A stretch of DNA of 64,000 bases from an uncultured Verrucomicrobiae bacterium (GCA_963801815.1 CAWDGJ010000003.1:832001-896000); one strand, 5' to 3'; shown: positions 1-10,120, counted from the first letter of the stretch. Notes: a model not told the origin generated them from the letters alone. Numbers and translations are program-made.

Positions 1-873
1 GCTTCAGTTAATCCGGTCGATGGACACACGATCAGGGGCAGTTGGGTGATGCGGCCAATGAGTGGAATGCGCAAGCCAAAGAACATTCGCTTCGGCACTG
101 ACTTTGCCGGGACCGTCGAAACGGTCGGCAAAAGCATTACCAACTTCAAACCAGGGGACGAAGTTTTCGGCGCGAAGAACGGCGCAGTGTCGGAGTACGT
201 CTGCGTCAAGACCGAGCGCGCGGTTGTGACGAAACCAAGCAACATTACCTTCGAACAAGCGGGCTCGGTTGCGGTCGCCGGCCTCACTGCATTGCAAGGT
301 CTGCGCGACATGGGACGTATTCAGGCCGGACAAAAAGTTTTGATCAACGGCGCGTCGGGCGGCGTTGGCACTTTCGCCGTCCAAATCGCGAAAGCGTTCG
401 GTGCCGAGGTCACCGCCGTCTGCAGCACGCGTAATGTCGATCTTGTGAAATCGATCGGCGCCGATCGCGTGATCGATTATACAAAAGAAGATTTTACTAA
501 GACCGATCAACGTTACGACATGATCTACGATCTGGTCGGAAACCATTCGTTCTCTGAACGCCGAAACATTTTAAAACCGAACGGCATTTGCGTGCTCGCC
601 GGAGTTGGTGGAGCAGGATTACATCCCGGAATGTGGGGACGCGTTCTCGGAAATTTCGCGACCGTTTTTAAGTCAAAATTCACCAGCCAGAAGTTCGTCT
701 TCTACATTGCGACACTGACCAAAGACGATCTGAATGTTCTGCGCGATCTGATGCAAGCCGGAAAGGTCTCTCCGGTGATCGACCGAACCTACGAGATCGG
801 TGAGACCCAAGCTGCAGTCCGCTATCTGGAAGAAGGTCACGCGCACGGAAAAGTCGTAATTACGTTGGAATAG
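1..873 (+). CDS. NAD(P)-dependent medium-chain (MDR, quinone-oxidoreductase-like) dehydrogenase, 5' truncated by window edge
   Basis: Frame is open from base 1 (ASVNPVD...). Motifs GTDFAGTVE, VLINGASGGVGTFAVQ and GHAHGKVVI. Confidence 0.9.
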   Translation, partial: ASVNPVDGHTIRGSWVMRPMSGMRKPKNIRFGTDFAGTVETVGKSITNFKPGDEVFGAKNGAVSEYVCVKTERAVVTKPSNITFEQAGSVAVAGLTALQGLRDMGRIQAGQKVLINGASGGVGTFAVQIAKAFGAEVTAVCSTRNVDLVKSIGADRVIDYTKEDFTKTDQRYDMIYDLVGNHSFSERRNILKPNGICVLAGVGGAGLHPGMWGRVLGNFATVFKSKFTSQKFVFYIATLTKDDLNVLRDLMQAGKVSPVIDRTYEIGETQAAVRYLEEGHAHGKVVITLE

Positions 874-903
874 ACAAGTCCGGGCTTGGTATTATGTGGG
901 TTT

Positions 904-2007
904 ATGAAACGCTTCTTTAAATGGTTTTTCAGTTTGGTCCTCATTGGCTTGGTCGCGTGGTTCCTTGTCGCTTACTTCACCTCTACAAACGACTGCGATC
1001 GTCAGACCGCCGCACCCACAAATCCTATTAAGGCCATTACCTATTGCGACTATGGCGTTGCTAATCTCAAACTGTCGGATATCGAAAAGCCCGTTCCGAA
1101 GGACGACCAGATCCTGGTCAGAGTTCACGCGGCTTCAGTCAATCCGTACGACTGGCACTTCATTGAAGGCACGCCCTATGTCATGCGAGCAATGGGCGTT
1201 GGGTTGCGAAAACCAAAGGACATTCGACTCGGTACTGATTTTGCCGGAACGGTCGAAGCCGTTGGCAAGAACGTTCCGCAGTACAAACCCGGCGACGAGG
1301 TATTTGGCGGGAGCACCGGCGCGTTCGCGCAATATTTGTGCAGGCGCGCCACCGGATCAGTGGCGTTGAAACCGGCCGGGCTCAGCTTTGAGCAAGCGGC
1401 GGCGATCAACATAGCGGGCATTACCGCGCTGCAGGCTGTGCGCGACAAAGGCAAAGTAGGGCCCGGACAAAAAGTTTTGATCAACGGTGCGTCCGGCGGG
1501 GTTGGAACATTCGCCGTGCAACTTGCAAAATCATACGGCGCTGATGTGACGGGCGTTTGCAGTGCGCGCAATATCGATCTTGTCCAATCGCTCGGTGCCG
1601 ATCACGTCATCGACTACACCAAAGAGGATTTCACCAAAGGCGATCAACGTTACGATGTCGTAATCGATAATGTTGCGAATCATTCATTGTCCGAATGCCG
1701 GCGCGTCTTAACGCCTAACGGAATTTACGTGATGATCGGCGGCGGCGGGGCAAATGAGCAGGGGTTCGTCGGCGCTATTGGCAAGGCGCTGAACGCAGCG
1801 GTGTATTCAAAATTCGTCAAACAGAAAATGGGCATGATGATGGCGCAGCCGAGCACGTCAGATCTCTCGCTTCTCGCCGGAATGGTTGAGTCAGGAAAAT
1901 TGAAGACGGTTATCGACCGGACTTACAAATTGGCGGAAGTGCCGGAAGCGGTCCGTTATGTCGAGGAAGGCCACGCCAAGGGCAAAGTAGTTATTACGGT
2001 CGACTGA
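904..2007 (+). CDS. NAD(P)-dependent MDR-family dehydrogenase with N-terminal membrane anchor (tandem paralog)
   Basis: ASVNPYD and GASGGVGTFAVQ motifs. Hydrophobic N-terminus MKRFFKWFFSLVLIGLVAWFLVAYF. Confidence 0.9.
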   Translation: MKRFFKWFFSLVLIGLVAWFLVAYFTSTNDCDRQTAAPTNPIKAITYCDYGVANLKLSDIEKPVPKDDQILVRVHAASVNPYDWHFIEGTPYVMRAMGVGLRKPKDIRLGTDFAGTVEAVGKNVPQYKPGDEVFGGSTGAFAQYLCRRATGSVALKPAGLSFEQAAAINIAGITALQAVRDKGKVGPGQKVLINGASGGVGTFAVQLAKSYGADVTGVCSARNIDLVQSLGADHVIDYTKEDFTKGDQRYDVVIDNVANHSLSECRRVLTPNGIYVMIGGGGANEQGFVGAIGKALNAAVYSKFVKQKMGMMMAQPSTSDLSLLAGMVESGKLKTVIDRTYKLAEVPEAVRYVEEGHAKGKVVITVD

Positions 2008-2119
2008 CGTGTCTGCGTCCGCTTCGAGAATGCAGCGCATTCGAGGTTGGACGCTTGTGATCGTCGGAGCGGGCCTTTCGATCTTGCGAAATTTGGCTGC
2101 GCAATAAATTACTGAATCG

Positions 2120-2542
2120 ATGAAGAGATTTCTAGTTGCGACTGTGGCGTCGCTAGCGTTGTCCATCACCGTCTTCGCTCGAATCGGTGAAGATGAGAAG
2201 CAAATCGAAAAGCGCTACGGAAAAGCGCGGAAAGACCTGGGCAGTCACGGCGAGGTCCACGAGGTCGGCTATATCTCGAGCGGGTTTATGATTCTGGTGG
2301 ATTACGTAAACGGAATCAGCCAGCGCGAAGGATTTACCAAACCGGACACCTCTGCGCTGGCCGAGCAGAACATCAAAGACATTCTGGCCATGAGCGCGGC
2401 CGAAGGAACGACCTGGGTGGAAGCGGCCGCATCTAATGGTGATAAGGGCTGGGACCGCTCAGACAACAAAGTGAAAGCGATTCTACCGGCGATGGGAAAA
2501 TTCCTTTTCGTTCAAGACGTGAGCTTTAAACAACCGGACTAG
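2120..2542 (+). CDS. hypothetical exported protein
   Basis: 140 aa ORF with a signal-peptide-like N-terminus (MKRFLVATVASLALSITVFA). Confidence 0.75.
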   Translation: MKRFLVATVASLALSITVFARIGEDEKQIEKRYGKARKDLGSHGEVHEVGYISSGFMILVDYVNGISQREGFTKPDTSALAEQNIKDILAMSAAEGTTWVEAAASNGDKGWDRSDNKVKAILPAMGKFLFVQDVSFKQPD

Positions 2543-2620
2543 CTGATAGAGACGATTGACTTCGATCGTCAATGACGGTTGCTCGCGCTGGTTTCCCCCA
2601 GCTCACTGAACCGCCGCTGC

Positions 2621-4129
2621 CTAGTCCAAATGCTGTAGCGACGGAATTCCGTAATTTTCCTGAAGATCAGGCGCCTCCGCGGCAACGTCCTTAACGTCGA
2701 GCTCGATTTGCTTCGGATCTTCTTCAGTTTCGATCTTGATGAACCCGCCGTCGATCGGTTGCTTTATGGCGGCGGCGAGATCCTTCAATGACTTGATTTC
2801 CTGTCCATTAACCTTGGTCACTGTAAGGTAGGAAACCTCGTCGTAACCAATCGTGTTATTGGCCGGAAGGACCTGGCTGAGGATAACGATGCGGCGCTGT
2901 TCCCCGGGAAAAAGTTCGGATTGAAACCGGTCGAAGTAGACGAATCGTGCGGGAGCTTCGCGCTGCCAGTTCGGTCCCCATTCTTTGAGGTATTGGCGGG
3001 ACAACTCCTGAAAGATCAGGCCGCCGAGAACAATGTAATTCGGCGCGTCATCAAGTGAATACGGAGGACTCACGTAATCTTTCGCATCGCGATGTTCGAG
3101 CGTTACCTTCAACTCCATTGGCTTGCCTGCGCGTTGGATCTGGAATGGGAGGATGTCGCCGGAATAAGAATGCGCGCTGATCAAGTTCGTGAACTCAATT
3201 TTGCCGTAGAGTGAATCGACATAGTTGCCGTTTTGATCGATCTCGTGATTGCCGATCGCGGTGATAGTATCGCCGACCTGCATGCCTGCTTTCATCGCAG
3301 GGGTGTTCGGCTCAACGTTGGTGACGTAGACGCCGCCGGCTTTGTCTGTCTCTCCAGCGTACTTTCGCAACTGCGGGTCACGCGTTGGAAAGAATGAAAA
3401 TCCTACCGACGGAAACCCGCGATAATGCTCGCCTTCAGCTTCTTTGAGGAAATGAGTGATGATCGGTGCCGGGATCGCATCGATGAGCTGCGAGCGCGGG
3501 TCGTAACGCAAAAGCAAACCGGCGAGCTTGTTGTTTTTGACCAGGGGAATCGTGTAGCTGTTTTCGCGATACTGCATCGGCAGGCTAATGCGGTAAGTAA
3601 GAAACTGGCCGACGTCGGCCGGGTACTTCGTCATTTGAATCGTGGTAACGAGACCCTCCGTTGCCACGAGCGCGCCGGTGGGTTCCAATTGCCAGGCGGC
3701 GATTCGATCGCCGACCACGGTGTCACTAGCGACCTCGAGTGGCGAAATGCCCGCGAGGAAGTTCTTATCAGTTGGCTCGAGCAACGCGAGGTTCGCTTCG
3801 TAATCGATGACGTCAACATTCGCGGCCGTTTTTTCGCCTGATTCAGCGCGTTCCAGCTCTACGTAATTCTGATTCGCAACCAGGTCCGCCGTCACTAGCA
3901 CCCTTCCTTTGGAGAGCACGGCGCCAAGGGCACGTTTCGAGACCGGCGCCTTTTTTTGCCACGGTCGAAAATAATCATACGGCTGGCCAGTCACGTTTAC
4001 GCGAACGAGGGACAGCAGTTTCTGCTTAATGTCCTTGTTTGTCGGCGCCGGCGCTGGAGCTTCCTTTTTTGCCAAGGCCGCAGTTGCGACTATTGAAACC
4101 AAACTCAAACTGACGATTAACCTGCGCAT
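2621..4129 (-). CDS. Deg/HtrA-like trypsin-fold + PDZ protein, catalytic motifs degenerate (probable pseudo-protease)
   Basis: Collinear with the upstream paralog, but TNAH is replaced by TADL and INPGNSGGP by QYRENSYTIP. PDZ regions present (NYIVLGGLIFQELS). Signal peptide. Confidence 0.8.
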   Translation of the reverse strand: MRRLIVSLSLVSIVATAALAKKEAPAPAPTNKDIKQKLLSLVRVNVTGQPYDYFRPWQKKAPVSKRALGAVLSKGRVLVTADLVANQNYVELERAESGEKTAANVDVIDYEANLALLEPTDKNFLAGISPLEVASDTVVGDRIAAWQLEPTGALVATEGLVTTIQMTKYPADVGQFLTYRISLPMQYRENSYTIPLVKNNKLAGLLLRYDPRSQLIDAIPAPIITHFLKEAEGEHYRGFPSVGFSFFPTRDPQLRKYAGETDKAGGVYVTNVEPNTPAMKAGMQVGDTITAIGNHEIDQNGNYVDSLYGKIEFTNLISAHSYSGDILPFQIQRAGKPMELKVTLEHRDAKDYVSPPYSLDDAPNYIVLGGLIFQELSRQYLKEWGPNWQREAPARFVYFDRFQSELFPGEQRRIVILSQVLPANNTIGYDEVSYLTVTKVNGQEIKSLKDLAAAIKQPIDGGFIKIETEEDPKQIELDVKDVAAEAPDLQENYGIPSLQHLD

Positions 4130-4132
4130 CTC

Positions 4133-5779
4133 TTAGAGTTGTGTCTGCATCGCGGTCGTTTTTGCACCCGGTTGCTCCTGAAGGTTTTCTTCCCGAACGA
4201 CATTGTAACGTGTCTTAATTCTCTCGCGGGCGGCTTCGACTTGCTTTGGATCGAGCACCAGCGGAGGCCCATCGCCGATCATGTTGATCACAAACCGGTC
4301 GGCCGGTTGGGCAAACATCTGGGCGAGGTCGTCGAGCGTACGCACTTTCTTCCCGTTGATTTCATCAACAATCCCACCGCGATACGCCGCCAGATAAGTA
4401 TTGATCGGGTCCGGCAAGATATTCGTGAGCACAATCACGTCAGGATGTTCGAGATAAAGCTGATCGATCACGTAAAAGTCGAAGAAATGGCGCAGGCGGA
4501 GGTCCTGGGGTTGATAAGCCTCGAGCAGATCGAGCGACAACGGCTGAAAAAGAAGTCCGCCATAAACGACGTAGCGCGGCCGCACATCGTATCTGTGGCT
4601 CTGCATCAAGTACGGCGGCACCGTGTCGAGCTGGACGCTTCCGCTGATGGTTTGTTTGTCGCGCCAGATTTCGAACTTCACCTGGTCGCCTTTGAATTTT
4701 CGTTCGACGACTTCCGGCATTTCAACATGCTCGCCTTCGAGGTCGACGTTGCCGTCGCTGGCGATCGGATGATTGTCGATCGACAGCAAAACGTCACCCG
4801 AGTGAAGAAGTTTGGCACACGGTCCCGCTGTCACTACGGTCTCGACCAAAACGCCGCGGCCATCGTCTTTTAAACCAAGATATCTCCGCTGCGCGGGGTT
4901 TTGTAATTTCGAGAACGTCAGCCCAAGATCGACATAGCCATCGTAGTGGCCGTCGCTCACGTCCTGGAGAAAGCGATTAATGACCGGCGTCGGCACCATA
5001 TAAGCGACGCCTTGTGCGACGTCGCCGCTGTAACCCTGGAACGCAACGCCCACGACCTTCGCGTTTTGCATCACCGGTCCGCCACTGTTACCAGGATTGA
5101 TCTGCGCGCTGATCTGAATCGCCAGGTGCTGATCGATCGACGAGTGGGTGTAAAGTTGGAAATCAATGCGCGAGACGATGCCCGTTGTTACCGACATGCG
5201 TTCGCCACCGATTGGATAGCCGTAGGCCGAGACGGTTGATTCGAGCTCGGGAATTCCGCCCAACTTCAGCGGGATCATGTTCTTGAAGAAGCTCGGATCA
5301 ACCGTGATTAGCGCGAGGTCGCAATCATGTGCCACGAACAAAACTTTAGCCGGATATTTGTTTGGATCGCCATCGCGCTCGACCGTGAGGTAGCGGCTGT
5401 TGCTGACGACGTGCGCGTTGGTCATGATACGATTACCGGCGATCACGAAGCCCGCGCCGATGCCACGACCGATCATTCCCGCATTCCAAGGCGCGCGATA
5501 ATCAGGCGCAACCTCGGTGGCAGTGATGCGGACCAGGCTTTTTTGGATCGGCCCGTTCGGTTGCGGCGGAGCGATAGGCACCGGAACGGCAACGACGTTC
5601 TGCTGTGGAGTGGTGGGTCTTGCCCCTGGCGGTCGCGGTTGTTCTGGCGACGGTCCCGGTGGGCCTCCAGTCGGCGGGCGCTGCTGCTGTGGAGGAGGCT
5701 GCTGCTGAGGCGGTTGTTGGCCGAACGACGTCGATGCGGCGAGCAACAAAACAGAAATAAAAATGGGAACGCCCTTCAT
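4133..5779 (-). CDS. Deg/HtrA serine protease with PDZ domains (plant Deg2-like)
   Basis: Catalytic triad motifs MTNAHVV, DCDLAL and INPGNSGGP. PRYVVYGGLLFQPLS motif. Signal peptide followed by a P/Q-rich linker. Confidence 0.9.
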   Translation of the reverse strand: MKGVPIFISVLLLAASTSFGQQPPQQQPPPQQQRPPTGGPPGPSPEQPRPPGARPTTPQQNVVAVPVPIAPPQPNGPIQKSLVRITATEVAPDYRAPWNAGMIGRGIGAGFVIAGNRIMTNAHVVSNSRYLTVERDGDPNKYPAKVLFVAHDCDLALITVDPSFFKNMIPLKLGGIPELESTVSAYGYPIGGERMSVTTGIVSRIDFQLYTHSSIDQHLAIQISAQINPGNSGGPVMQNAKVVGVAFQGYSGDVAQGVAYMVPTPVINRFLQDVSDGHYDGYVDLGLTFSKLQNPAQRRYLGLKDDGRGVLVETVVTAGPCAKLLHSGDVLLSIDNHPIASDGNVDLEGEHVEMPEVVERKFKGDQVKFEIWRDKQTISGSVQLDTVPPYLMQSHRYDVRPRYVVYGGLLFQPLSLDLLEAYQPQDLRLRHFFDFYVIDQLYLEHPDVIVLTNILPDPINTYLAAYRGGIVDEINGKKVRTLDDLAQMFAQPADRFVINMIGDGPPLVLDPKQVEAARERIKTRYNVVREENLQEQPGAKTTAMQTQL

Positions 5780-5825
5780 GCCGGAAAGTCTGGAAGATGA
5801 AACGAAGTGATTGAAAAGCAACCGC

Positions 5826-6998
5826 TCAAATTCCCGCGCGCGCAAGTAGGGACTCCAAAACCGTCTTGGCTTCAAAGACTTCGCGCGCAATCCGTCGGGC
5901 CGCGTCCGAGTGCTTTTTGTAATCGGCGCGAATCATTTTCGCCGCCTCCGCAATTTCGTCGAGAGATCGGAATGCGAGCAGGCCGGCATTGCCGCCGTAA
6001 TTTTTCGTGAATCCCGTCTCCTGGGTGATGACCGGTCGGCCCGCCGCGAGATAACACGCGCTCCGATCGCTGAACCAGCCGGTATTGAGCCGCACATATT
6101 GGTCCTTCGCTACCGTGAATTCGCCCTTCGACCGTTGGATGTAATCGCGGTAAAGCCAGTAATCGACGCTCATTTGCAACGGTGAGACCAATCGCCAGCC
6201 GTTGCGTTCGAATTTTTTGGCCGCTCGGGGATCGGAAATGTTCGTCGCCAGCTCAAATATTTCTCCCGCCCTCTTCGGAGCTTCCACAAAACGCAAGAAC
6301 TCGCGCGACTTGCTCCACAAATACTTTTCGCCGCGCCAGATAATGTCTTTGAGCCCGCTCGTCGACCAATTCGCAATCGAAGTGAATACCGCTGCTTTCT
6401 TCGGTAGGCTTTTAGTTTCCCAAAGGTCGGTTACGATTGGTTGCCGCGTCGCGTGCCATTTAAGTCCGTGCAGCGGAACGGGAAAACTTTTCGTCCCGAC
6501 GTTCTCGCCGAACGTAAACAGGACGTGGTGGCGACGGAGATACTCGGCTGTCGATTCAACTCCGTTGTCGATCTTGATTTGCTCAACCCCGGGATCGCTT
6601 TCGACGTAAATGATTCGATCGCATTTCAGCAAGTCGTCATTGAACTCCTGCGTCCCGCAAATGTTCAGGACTGCGTCGGCTTCGCGGTAGAGCTGGCGGA
6701 TTTTTCCCAGGGGAAGGCCCGCCGTCGGATTTTCTTTCACATAGCGCGCGCAGTAGGACCACCGATTTTTGAAATCGAATTCGCCCGCGAGCTGGTCGAG
6801 GATTTTCGCGGCATAATCAAATTCCACATTTACTTCGAACGTTTCCGGGTTGTAGGGAATCCGTGCCGAATCCTCGATGTAATAAACTTCGTGACCCAGT
6901 TGCTGCAGGCCCACGATGTAATGGATGTGCTGCCAGATCACGCCTGCGATCGGCATCCCACCCATGAAGCCCATGACAACGATGCGTTTGCGCTTCAT
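5826..6998 (-). CDS. glycosyltransferase (GT-B, CgeB/family-1-like)
   Basis: HYIVGLQQLGHEVYYIED N-terminus and WFSDRSACYLAAGRPVITQETGF C-terminal motif. Confidence 0.8.
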   Translation of the reverse strand: MKRKRIVVMGFMGGMPIAGVIWQHIHYIVGLQQLGHEVYYIEDSARIPYNPETFEVNVEFDYAAKILDQLAGEFDFKNRWSYCARYVKENPTAGLPLGKIRQLYREADAVLNICGTQEFNDDLLKCDRIIYVESDPGVEQIKIDNGVESTAEYLRRHHVLFTFGENVGTKSFPVPLHGLKWHATRQPIVTDLWETKSLPKKAAVFTSIANWSTSGLKDIIWRGEKYLWSKSREFLRFVEAPKRAGEIFELATNISDPRAAKKFERNGWRLVSPLQMSVDYWLYRDYIQRSKGEFTVAKDQYVRLNTGWFSDRSACYLAAGRPVITQETGFTKNYGGNAGLLAFRSLDEIAEAAKMIRADYKKHSDAARRIAREVFEAKTVLESLLARAGI

Positions 6999-7017
6999 TA
7001 GGTAGCCAACGGCCGCT

Positions 7018-7605
7018 TCACTCGAACGTCTTCACCGTCGACGCCGGATTGCCTGCAACAATCGTGTTAGCGGAAACCGGCCTGGTGACAACCGCGCCGG
7101 CGGCGACGACCGAATTGTCGCCAATAGTCACGCCCTTCAAGATCACTGCGTTCATCCCAATCCAAACGTTGTCACCGATTCTCACTGGAGCGGTTTTTAG
7201 TTTCGGACGCGCCGGCCGGTCCTTGAAGAATGGGGCGAGTGCCTGCGAGTCGATCAAGCGTTGAGCGGGTTCGAGCGGGTGGAAATCCGAGTCGGCAATG
7301 CCGACGCCCCAGGAAATGAGACAGTGCGATCCAATCTCGACCAATTCTTCGGCCATGACGATCGCGCCGTTAAGAAGAGTGAAATCGCCGACCGTGCACC
7401 TGCCATCCTTCTGGATGGCAAAAGAACAGCCGGCGTAGACCGAGACGTGATTGCCGAAAACAACCGCCCGCGGCTTTTTACTTAGCATTTTTTTGAAAAC
7501 CTGCGCGCTCTCGCAGTAAAAGCCTTCTCCGAATTCGACGTTGGGCGGAATCGGCTCCGGATACCAATCGTCCTCGACATGCCGATCTTTTTTGACGTTG
7601 CTCAC
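7018..7605 (-). CDS. hexapeptide-repeat (left-handed beta-helix) O-acyltransferase
   Basis: PVRIGDNVWIGMNAVILKGVTIGDNSVVAAGAVVT hexapeptide repeats. Confidence 0.9.
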   Translation of the reverse strand: MSNVKKDRHVEDDWYPEPIPPNVEFGEGFYCESAQVFKKMLSKKPRAVVFGNHVSVYAGCSFAIQKDGRCTVGDFTLLNGAIVMAEELVEIGSHCLISWGVGIADSDFHPLEPAQRLIDSQALAPFFKDRPARPKLKTAPVRIGDNVWIGMNAVILKGVTIGDNSVVAAGAVVTRPVSANTIVAGNPASTVKTFE

Positions 7606-9386
7606 GTGGGAAATTTTCCGGATGCGAACAGTTTCGCGTAAACACCGCCGCGCGCGAGCAATTCCGGGCCACTGCCTTGTTCGGCAATGCTTCCGCGATC
7701 AATCACCACGATGCGATCCACGTCGTGAATCGTCGCCAGCCGATGGGTTGCAATCAACGTCGTTCGGCCGCGCATCAATTCTTTGATCGTTTCCATGATT
7801 GCCGCTTCGGTCGCCGGATCGAGTGCGGAAGTCGGCTCGTCGAGCAGCAGGATCGGTGCATTCTTCAAGAATGCGCGCGCGATTCCGATGCGTTGGCGCT
7901 GGCCGACGCTTAATTGCTGGCCGCGTTCTCCGACCGTGCTCGCATAACCGTTCGGCATTTGGCGGATAAATTCATCCGCCTGGGCGCGTTTCGCGGCGTG
8001 GATGATTTCTGCTTCGGTAGCATCAGGTCGCCCATAGGCGATATTTTCGCGGACTGTTGTGGAAAACAAAAGCGTGTCTTGAAGCACAATGCCGATCTGC
8101 GCGCGCAGCGATTTCTTCTTGATTTCTCGGACATCGCGACCGTCCACCGTTACTAAACCGCTGGTCGGATCGTAAAATCGCGGGACCAAACTCAGAAGCG
8201 TGCTTTTGCCGGCGCCCGTGCCGCCGACGATGGCGATCATTTGATTCGGTTCGATTACAAGATTGACGTCGTGCAACACCGGCCGGTCTGCCGCGTAAGC
8301 GAACGAAACCTGGCTGAATCCGATCGCGCCCTTGGCCGATTCGATTGCGACAGCACTTGACCAATCGACTACGTCGTCCTGGCGATCGAGAACTTCGAAG
8401 CAACGTTTTGCGCCGGCCGTCGCACCTTCCATCGCCCACGCGGTATAGGTGAGGGACTCGATCGGTTGATAGAGCATCGCCAGGTAGGCAATGAATACGA
8501 GCAACGTGCCGAGGGTCAGCGTTCCGTTGAGAACGTGGAGAGCTCCGAGGAAATACATTGCGACGGTGCCAATCACCATCAGCGTGCTAATAACGAGGGC
8601 GCTATTTATGTTGGTCAGCGTGAGGCGAAGATTTGCCTGCAAGCTTTGCTGCGCTCGCCGGTGAAACTGCAGGGCTTCGAATTCTTCCTGGCCAAACGCG
8701 TGGACCATTCGAATGGAGCTCAGTCCTTCCTGCACTTGCATCAGCACTGCGCTTTCTTGTTCCTGGATGGTCGTCGATTCACGTCGAATCCGATCTGCAA
8801 AAAAGTAAATAGCCGCAATGATGAACGGCACGATCGCGAGCGAGAGAAGCGTCAATTGCCAGTCCAGCCGAATCATGACGGCAAACGTCCCGATCAGTGT
8901 GATGGCCGATCCGAAGATTCCGGTAAAACCCTTGTTGTAAATTGTCTGGATCGATTGCGAATCGTAGGCGACGCGGAAACTGGAATCGCTTGAACGTCGG
9001 ACGTCGTGATACTTGAGCGAAAGCGATTGCAGGTACGCGTAAAGATCGGTCCGCAGTTTCAACAGCGCTTGCAAGCCAACCTTCACGAGAAGGTAATTCG
9101 TGACCCAGCTTACGGCTCCCGACAAAAGTTGAAGTAACACCAACGACAGACAGACGATAAAGAGCAAAAAGGGAACAGTTCCTCGAAGAACCGCAAATTG
9201 AGTCAATTGGGTTGGTTCATGCAGCCCGAGCTTGCGGCCAATCGGAATTATGGAGTCGACGATCAATTTGAGCGGCCAAGGTTTGAGAAGATTGAGGCCA
9301 ATGCCAACGAGTGACAGCAGTAAGCCAAAAATCGTCTGGAGCACAAACGGCTGGTAGTAACGAAGAACGCGGCGGTAGATCGACAT
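7602..9386 (-). CDS. ABC exporter, fused permease/ATP-binding (MsbA-like)
   Basis: N-terminal TM domain. Walker A GGTGAGKST, signature LSVGQRQ, Walker B ILLLDE. Confidence 0.93.
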   Translation of the reverse strand: MSIYRRVLRYYQPFVLQTIFGLLLSLVGIGLNLLKPWPLKLIVDSIIPIGRKLGLHEPTQLTQFAVLRGTVPFLLFIVCLSLVLLQLLSGAVSWVTNYLLVKVGLQALLKLRTDLYAYLQSLSLKYHDVRRSSDSSFRVAYDSQSIQTIYNKGFTGIFGSAITLIGTFAVMIRLDWQLTLLSLAIVPFIIAAIYFFADRIRRESTTIQEQESAVLMQVQEGLSSIRMVHAFGQEEFEALQFHRRAQQSLQANLRLTLTNINSALVISTLMVIGTVAMYFLGALHVLNGTLTLGTLLVFIAYLAMLYQPIESLTYTAWAMEGATAGAKRCFEVLDRQDDVVDWSSAVAIESAKGAIGFSQVSFAYAADRPVLHDVNLVIEPNQMIAIVGGTGAGKSTLLSLVPRFYDPTSGLVTVDGRDVREIKKKSLRAQIGIVLQDTLLFSTTVRENIAYGRPDATEAEIIHAAKRAQADEFIRQMPNGYASTVGERGQQLSVGQRQRIGIARAFLKNAPILLLDEPTSALDPATEAAIMETIKELMRGRTTLIATHRLATIHDVDRIVVIDRGSIAEQGSGPELLARGGVYAKLFASGKFPT

Positions 9387-9388
9387 GT

Positions 9389-9487
9389 CGATTTTAGATT
9401 GCGGATTCTGGATTTTAGATTGAACTAGTCGCGCGTTCGCCAGCGTAATCGGAAATCGGAAATCGGAAATCCAAAATCTAAAATTCG
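9389..9487. repeat. inverted pair of heptamer tandem arrays (gattttA-like / aatcgga-like)
   Basis: Left arm cgattttagattgcggattctggattttagatt (9389-9421). Right arm aatcggaaatcggaaatcggaaatccaaaatctaaaattcg (9447-9487). Approximately reverse-complementary. Confidence 0.8.
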
Positions 9488-9490
9488 AAG

Positions 9491-10120
9491 GTGCATCATC
9501 TAATTCAGATCTGGTCGGAATGGGTCCTCACTGGCGGTTATTTGGGAATCATCGTTTTGATGGCGATGGGAAGCACGCCGATTCCGTTACCGGCTGAAGT
9601 CGTGGTGCCGCCGGCCGCCTTTCTAGCCGCAGAAGGACGGCTAAGCCTGGCCGGCGTAATCCTGGCGGGTACTCTCGGCGCCTACCTTGGAGCAGCGGTG
9701 ATGTATTGGTTGTCACTTTGGCTGGGTCGACCGTTAGTCGTTAAGTTCGGGCGGTTCATTCTATTTCCGCCGAAGAAATTGGAGGAGGCAGAACATTGGC
9801 TTGCCCGCTACGAGGCTGGCGGCATTTTTTTCGCGCGACTTCTGCCTGGGGTTCGACATCTGATTTCAATCCCGGCCGGGATTGTGCGGATGAACTTTAA
9901 GGTATTCAGCGCTATGACCGCGCTCGGCTCGGCCATTTCGTGCTCGATCCTCGCTTATCTTGGCGTTCGCGCGCAACGCGTCGCTCCTGACTTGCTGAAC
10001 AATCCGGAAGGCTTCGTTCACTTCGTTCGGAGTCAAACAAGGTGGCTGCTCCTGGTCGTTCTCGCGTTCGCGGCGCTATACGTTCTATCGATGTGGCTTT
10101 CCAAGCGGAAAGCGGAATAA
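9491..10120 (+). CDS. DedA family membrane protein
   Basis: PLPAEVVVPPAAFLA and FFARLLPGVRHLISIPAG motifs. Confidence 0.92.
   Translation: MHHLIQIWSEWVLTGGYLGIIVLMAMGSTPIPLPAEVVVPPAAFLAAEGRLSLAGVILAGTLGAYLGAAVMYWLSLWLGRPLVVKFGRFILFPPKKLEEAEHWLARYEAGGIFFARLLPGVRHLISIPAGIVRMNFKVFSAMTALGSAISCSILAYLGVRAQRVAPDLLNNPEGFVHFVRSQTRWLLLVVLAFAALYVLSMWLSKRKAE

Noticed and set aside
5630..5720. Low-complexity ctg/gcc repeats
   Set aside because: They encode the P/Q-rich linker of the Deg protease and are not a separate DNA element.
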